A stretch of DNA of 64,000 nt. It comes from Felis catus. Its lineage: Eukaryota. The notes beneath the pieces were generated by a model. The model was not told where the DNA came from and ran no database searches. It worked only from the letters and a program-made list of their open reading frames with translations. The first letter of the stretch is position 1. Every line of letters begins with the position of its first letter. Position numbers and translations under genes: made by a program. The stretch lies in the NCBI RefSeq assembly GCF_018350175.1, contig NC_058368.1, positions 10,354,001 through 10,418,000 of the forward strand, given 5' to 3'. Of the stretch, positions 59,545 to 64,000 are shown piece after piece.

Positions 59545-62500
59545 TAGAGAATTAGTTTCATTCAGATGAAAATAACTCGTCTGACTTGTTTTGCCTATTT
59601 AATATTGACTGGTGTTTAAAATGCCCTAGTTAATTCCTAATGCTCCAAGCATCATCTTCTACATTTTTTCTGATTTTGTTAAATTTAAGAGACTTACGTA
59701 ATTGTGTAGGACTGTTGTGGTTTTGCCGTAAAGTATGAGAAAAAGAAGTGGAAGGAGTAACATTTTAAAAGCAGGGCTTAAAATAGCAGAGATAATTAAT
59801 GTTCAAAATTTTAGTACCAGGTTCTAAGGCAATTTTCATGTTGAAGTAACATTTTCATTAACCTTAGTGTGATGTTTCCTCCGTGAGTCTCTTAATCTCT
59901 TTTTTTAATTGGATATCATTAATTGAGCCTTTGAGTTGATCTGTAATGTAATATCCAAGAAGGATTAAGAAGAGAAAGATCGACCCATGCAGGTACATTT
60001 TAATAATATTTAAAGTAGGCATGAACTGAATCTAAAGCTGCTACGAGTAATGCTGGCAGGTTGAGTAAAGGAAGACCTACCTTCTCTTCCCACAGAGGTG
60101 CTTTCTTCTTTAGCCGAGCAAAAAAAAAAAAAAAAAAAAAGAAAAAAAAATTCCTCCAAGCCTACTCGCCACACTGCATTTCCATGGCCTTCAAGACAGA
60201 AGTGCTTGTCTGTAGATAAATGCCATCCCTCAGCTCTCTGGGCATCGCTTTGACGGGAAATGTGCTTTCTTTCTGTTGGTGGGTGCTGGGATAAATAAAG
60301 GATTGGAAATATCAATGGAAAAATTAGCAGCCTTAATGGGATTCAAGGCAGAGACGCTGCTGAGAATAAGGGTTAGTTGTGCTTAATCTTTAAATGCTTT
60401 ACATATACAATTCATCCAACCTCCCAGCATCCTTGTGAGGACGGGTCCTTTGTTTCCCTACTTGGAGCATTGTACCTTCTCAAGGGAGACAAAGACTTAC
60501 GTGCCAAAAGCAGATTTTTTTTTTTTTTTTTTTTTGGTAACTGGCTCTAGGAGCAGCTTGATGCGTTTAAAATTCTTCCTTGTCTGGACACCCAACTTTT
60601 GGAGATTTTCTTCTATTAAACCTTGTCTGATTTCATCAGAGAGGCAGACGTGCGGCAACCTCGACTGGTCTTCCATTCGCTCTGGTAAAGGCAGAGTGGA
60701 GCTGCTAAGCCAAGGCCGTGGCGGGGAGGATGGGGAATCGGTAGCCTGAATAATGCCTCACTTGGGTCCAGGCAGGCGTTAATGGAATTTTGCTCAGTCG
60801 GGCCTTGGCAGTTACCCCAAATCGTGGAAGCAGTGATGACATCAGGACAGAGTTATGTGTGGCTTACTCATATATGAATTAAGAGCATGTGTATCCCTAC
60901 ATGCCCGTAGGTGTCCTTGCTCTCAGAAATACCTTCCCTCTTACAGAGGCAGAGTCATGTGGTTTAGATTCTGTGTCTCCCCCATTTACTCCCGGTGATG
61001 CGGCTTTTGCTTCCTCCGTCTCACCTTAAACCTAGAGGGCAGGTCAACATAGGGCAGTTGAATCGAATCCAGAGGAAATTGAACAAATTAAGATTAAAAC
61101 TTACTTTAAGTAGATTATGTTACCCATTTGAACATTTTTTTGTTAATTCTTAAATTGATAGTGGTCAAAACCCCTCTCCTATTAACTAGAATAGCTATTT
61201 GACCTCTCCCAGTGAAACTAGAGTGTAGGGAAATGAGTAAAGACATGGAGTCTGAGTTGGGGCTAGGAAAATGTGATCTCATTGGTGAGTGAGTCTTTGA
61301 GGGACCATGTGGAAGAGAAGAAGAAAATTCACTGGACTGCTTTAACACAGACAACATGGCCATGACTTAAGGAAGGTGGAGATGCACTTCCCCTCACGAA
61401 TGGTTGAGTTAGCGGGTGGGCTGGGGGTGGGCAGCTCAGCTCCAGATTCCTTCTGTTTTCTTATTTTCCCATGGGGCTGAGGTGTCTTGTCCTCCCTGGC
61501 ATGGTTGGAACTGGTTTACCCCCACTACATTCACATTCCAGGGTGTGGAGGACAATCAGTTTCCTTTTAGAGATGTGACCTTGAAGTTGTACACATCATT
61601 TCCCCTGCATACCATTGTCCAGGACATAATCACATGGCACACTGAGGCTGGAAAGGGTAATATCTAGTTGGTGGCCTTTGGATCCACTCAGAACTCAAGG
61701 AGCTCTAATCACTAAAAGGAAGAAGAGACAAAGTGACATCTCCGCTAAAGTCAGGATTTTGTTTACACATCAAGGACTCGCATTCCAGCATCGTGCCTAC
61801 AGCTGGCAGTACTCCGTCCTACGCTTAAAAGTTGTAAGAGCCCAGAGCCCGTGTTAAGTGTTCTTACCACAGCATGATAAAAACAAGGAAATGAAAAATT
61901 AGGTACTAGTGTGATTAAGGAGGGGGAGAGGGAGCCGGGAGGCTTTCTCTGTCGACAGCCAGCTCAAGGCAGCAGCGTGTTGGGCAGGAGGTGGGCAGTG
62001 TGGGTGCCAACCTGGAAGGTCAGGTAGGGACCTGACCACAGAGGAGCTGTGTGTCCTGTTAAGGACCCAGACCTTTCTCAGTACCTCTCAGGATGCCCTC
62101 TGGGCATTTGAGAAGTGTTTCTTAGAGATCCAAGACAGGGCAGCACACACAGGAGGAGCCCGCAGTCACTGTTACTGAAAGCACCCCCCGGGGGGAACAT
62201 GACTGGTAGGGAGAGCCATTAGGCTCAACCCGTTGGGTCTGCGTTTAAAGCCGTCACTCTGGTGGTTGTGAGGAAGGCAGCTGAACAGACCCAAGACCGG
62301 GGCAAGGAGCCTAATCTAAGGTCCTTGGACCCATCCAAGCTAACGTGGCCCGAAATGGGGGTGTAGACCGCTGCTGGTGCTTTGTCACAGGCAGTTTGGG
62401 AAGTGCCGGGCCGGGGGTGAGGAGTGGAGCTGGGGGGAGTGGGGGAAGTAGGGGGTGACTTGAAGCCACACCCGGGGAGTTTGGGCGAAGGCCTCAGGAG

Positions 62501-63054
62501 GCATCAGGACCAGTGCCCCGCTAGGTCTGGTGTGGAGGGACGGGGCTACCATCTGAGGTGGAGGATGGGATTGGCAGGTTTGCAGGGTGCAGATGACTTC
62601 CGGTCGCTATAGATGAAGTCTCAGGTGGAGGTGTCAGCTGCCCGAGCCTGGATTTTGTTCGCTTTAAACTCAGGAGAAACCTTTGACCCGAAGGTGGTGG
62701 ATTTGGAATCGGGAACGTACCCAGGTAGTAGCTGAAAGCCTGAAGGTGCTGCTTTCAGGGGAGCAGTGGGAGCCTGGGAAAAACCAGGATCTGGGGGCCT
62801 GGCAGAGTGGGAGCAGTTTCTGGGGAGACAGAAGGAGTGCGTGAAACACAGAGAAGGTGCGTTGTCTGATGTCAGGGAACCTGAAGGAATAGCCTTTCAA
62901 ACAGCGATCAATACTATCCTGTTCCCAAGACAGAGCTTGTAAGAGAGGGTCTCAAAACGTCCATTTCACTGGGTTCGTCTTGTGCGCCTGTCCTGCCTGC
63001 GCACTTACCTCGAGGGAGGCATCCACACCCAGAGTGCTTTGCTGTCGCAGACGC

Positions 63055-63547
63055 TGTTATTGTTATTCTTCATTGTGGTAAGGAAAAAAAAAATAACATA
63101 AAATTTGCCCGCGAATGTTTTTAAGTACTGTAAAGTACATTCACGTTGTGTAACCAACTTCCAGAACTTGTGTCTTTCCAACGGAAACTTCATACCCGTT
63201 AAACAACAATCGTACATTTCCTTTTCCCTCACCTCTTGGCAGCCACCTACTTCCGCTTTGTCTCTGTGAATCTGACTGCTCTATGTACCTCCTATAAGTG
63301 GCATCTTACAGTATTTGTTTTTTTTTTTGTTTTTTTTTGTTTTTTTTTACCGGCTTATTGTACTTAGTGTGGTAATGTTGTCAAGAGGTTCATCCATGTT
63401 GTAGCCTGTGACAGGGCCTCCTCCCTTTTAAGTTGCAGGCTCCACGCTCGGTGAGGAGCCCGACTTGGGGCTTGACCTCACGACGGTGAGATCACGAACT
63501 GAGCCAAAATCAGGAGTCAGGTGCTCGACCCACTGAGCCCCCCCCCC

Positions 63548-63601
<54 letters not shown>

Positions 63602-63640
63602 CCCCTGCCTCCTTTGTAAGGCGGAATATTATTATTGTGA
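63055..63640 (-). mobile_element. Old L1 (L1MA/MB-like) 3' end, interrupted by a SINE
   Basis: acataaaatttgcc..aagtacattcacgttgtgtaacca..gtacctcctataagtggcatcttacagtatttg..ggttcatccatgttgtagc. Confidence 0.75.
63433..63605 (-). mobile_element. Short Can-SINE with a ~60-nt poly-C tract near its head
   Basis: ggggcttgacctcacgacggtgagatcacgaactgagcc..cactgag(C-run)ggtgcccc; approximate TSD cctcc[c/t]tt[t/g]taag. Confidence 0.85.
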
Positions 63641-64000
63641 CTTTGACAGCCTCTCCTCCGTGTCTTCTCTGGTAACCTTGGTCTACCATGACGGCTGTTT
63701 TCATCCACGGGCACTACTTTCTGGGGCGCTCTTTCGGTATTCCGCATGGGCTCCCCCGCAGTGCCCTTTCTCCTCTCGGGCATCTGTCCTGCCTTCAGAA
63801 TCTGGAGGAAGGCAAGACCTCTGTACCTCTTCTTGTCTCCCCCTGCGGCACCTAGCGAAATGCCACACACCGACAGTGTTAGGAACTGTTATTTTCACGG
63901 ATGCGTTTTTCTCAGCTTTTAAGGCTTAGAAAGCAGTTCCATTTCACGGAAGTATATACCTCTTCTAGCGCTTTAATTTATGCTTGTGTTTTCAGTTTGC

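Overview
Mammalian genomic DNA, almost certainly felid (cat-like), judging by many young tRNA-derived carnivore SINEs of the SINEC_Fc type and a carnivore L1 3' end. The first ~28 kb are repeat-rich intergenic sequence. A CpG island at ~28.15-29.3 kb marks the start of a + strand gene recognisable from its spliced translation as B3GLCT (B3GALTL, beta-1,3-glucosyltransferase, the Peters-plus gene). Four coding exons are visible (28466-28541, 43194-43243, 53394-53433, 59363-59472), all with GT-AG junctions and in frame: [92 protein letters not shown]. The gene continues beyond the right edge. The rest is interspersed repeats (Can-SINEs, L1, L2, MIR, MLT1/MER21 LTRs, a near full-length Tigger1, Charlie1, MER20, MER33), microsatellites and a GC-rich ~34-bp minisatellite. 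Nearly all other ORFs in the supplied track are spurious or repeat-derived. I see no convincing new multi-gene system. The most interesting unexplained signals are: a tandem U1-like ACTTACCT motif at the exon 3 branch region that complements the exon 3 donor; a long inverted repeat just upstream of the promoter; a nested inverted SINE pair; a poly(A)-only insertion with a target-site duplication near exon 4; and CpG-rich patches inside ancient repeats. Repeat subfamily names come from recalled consensus sequences, not a database search.
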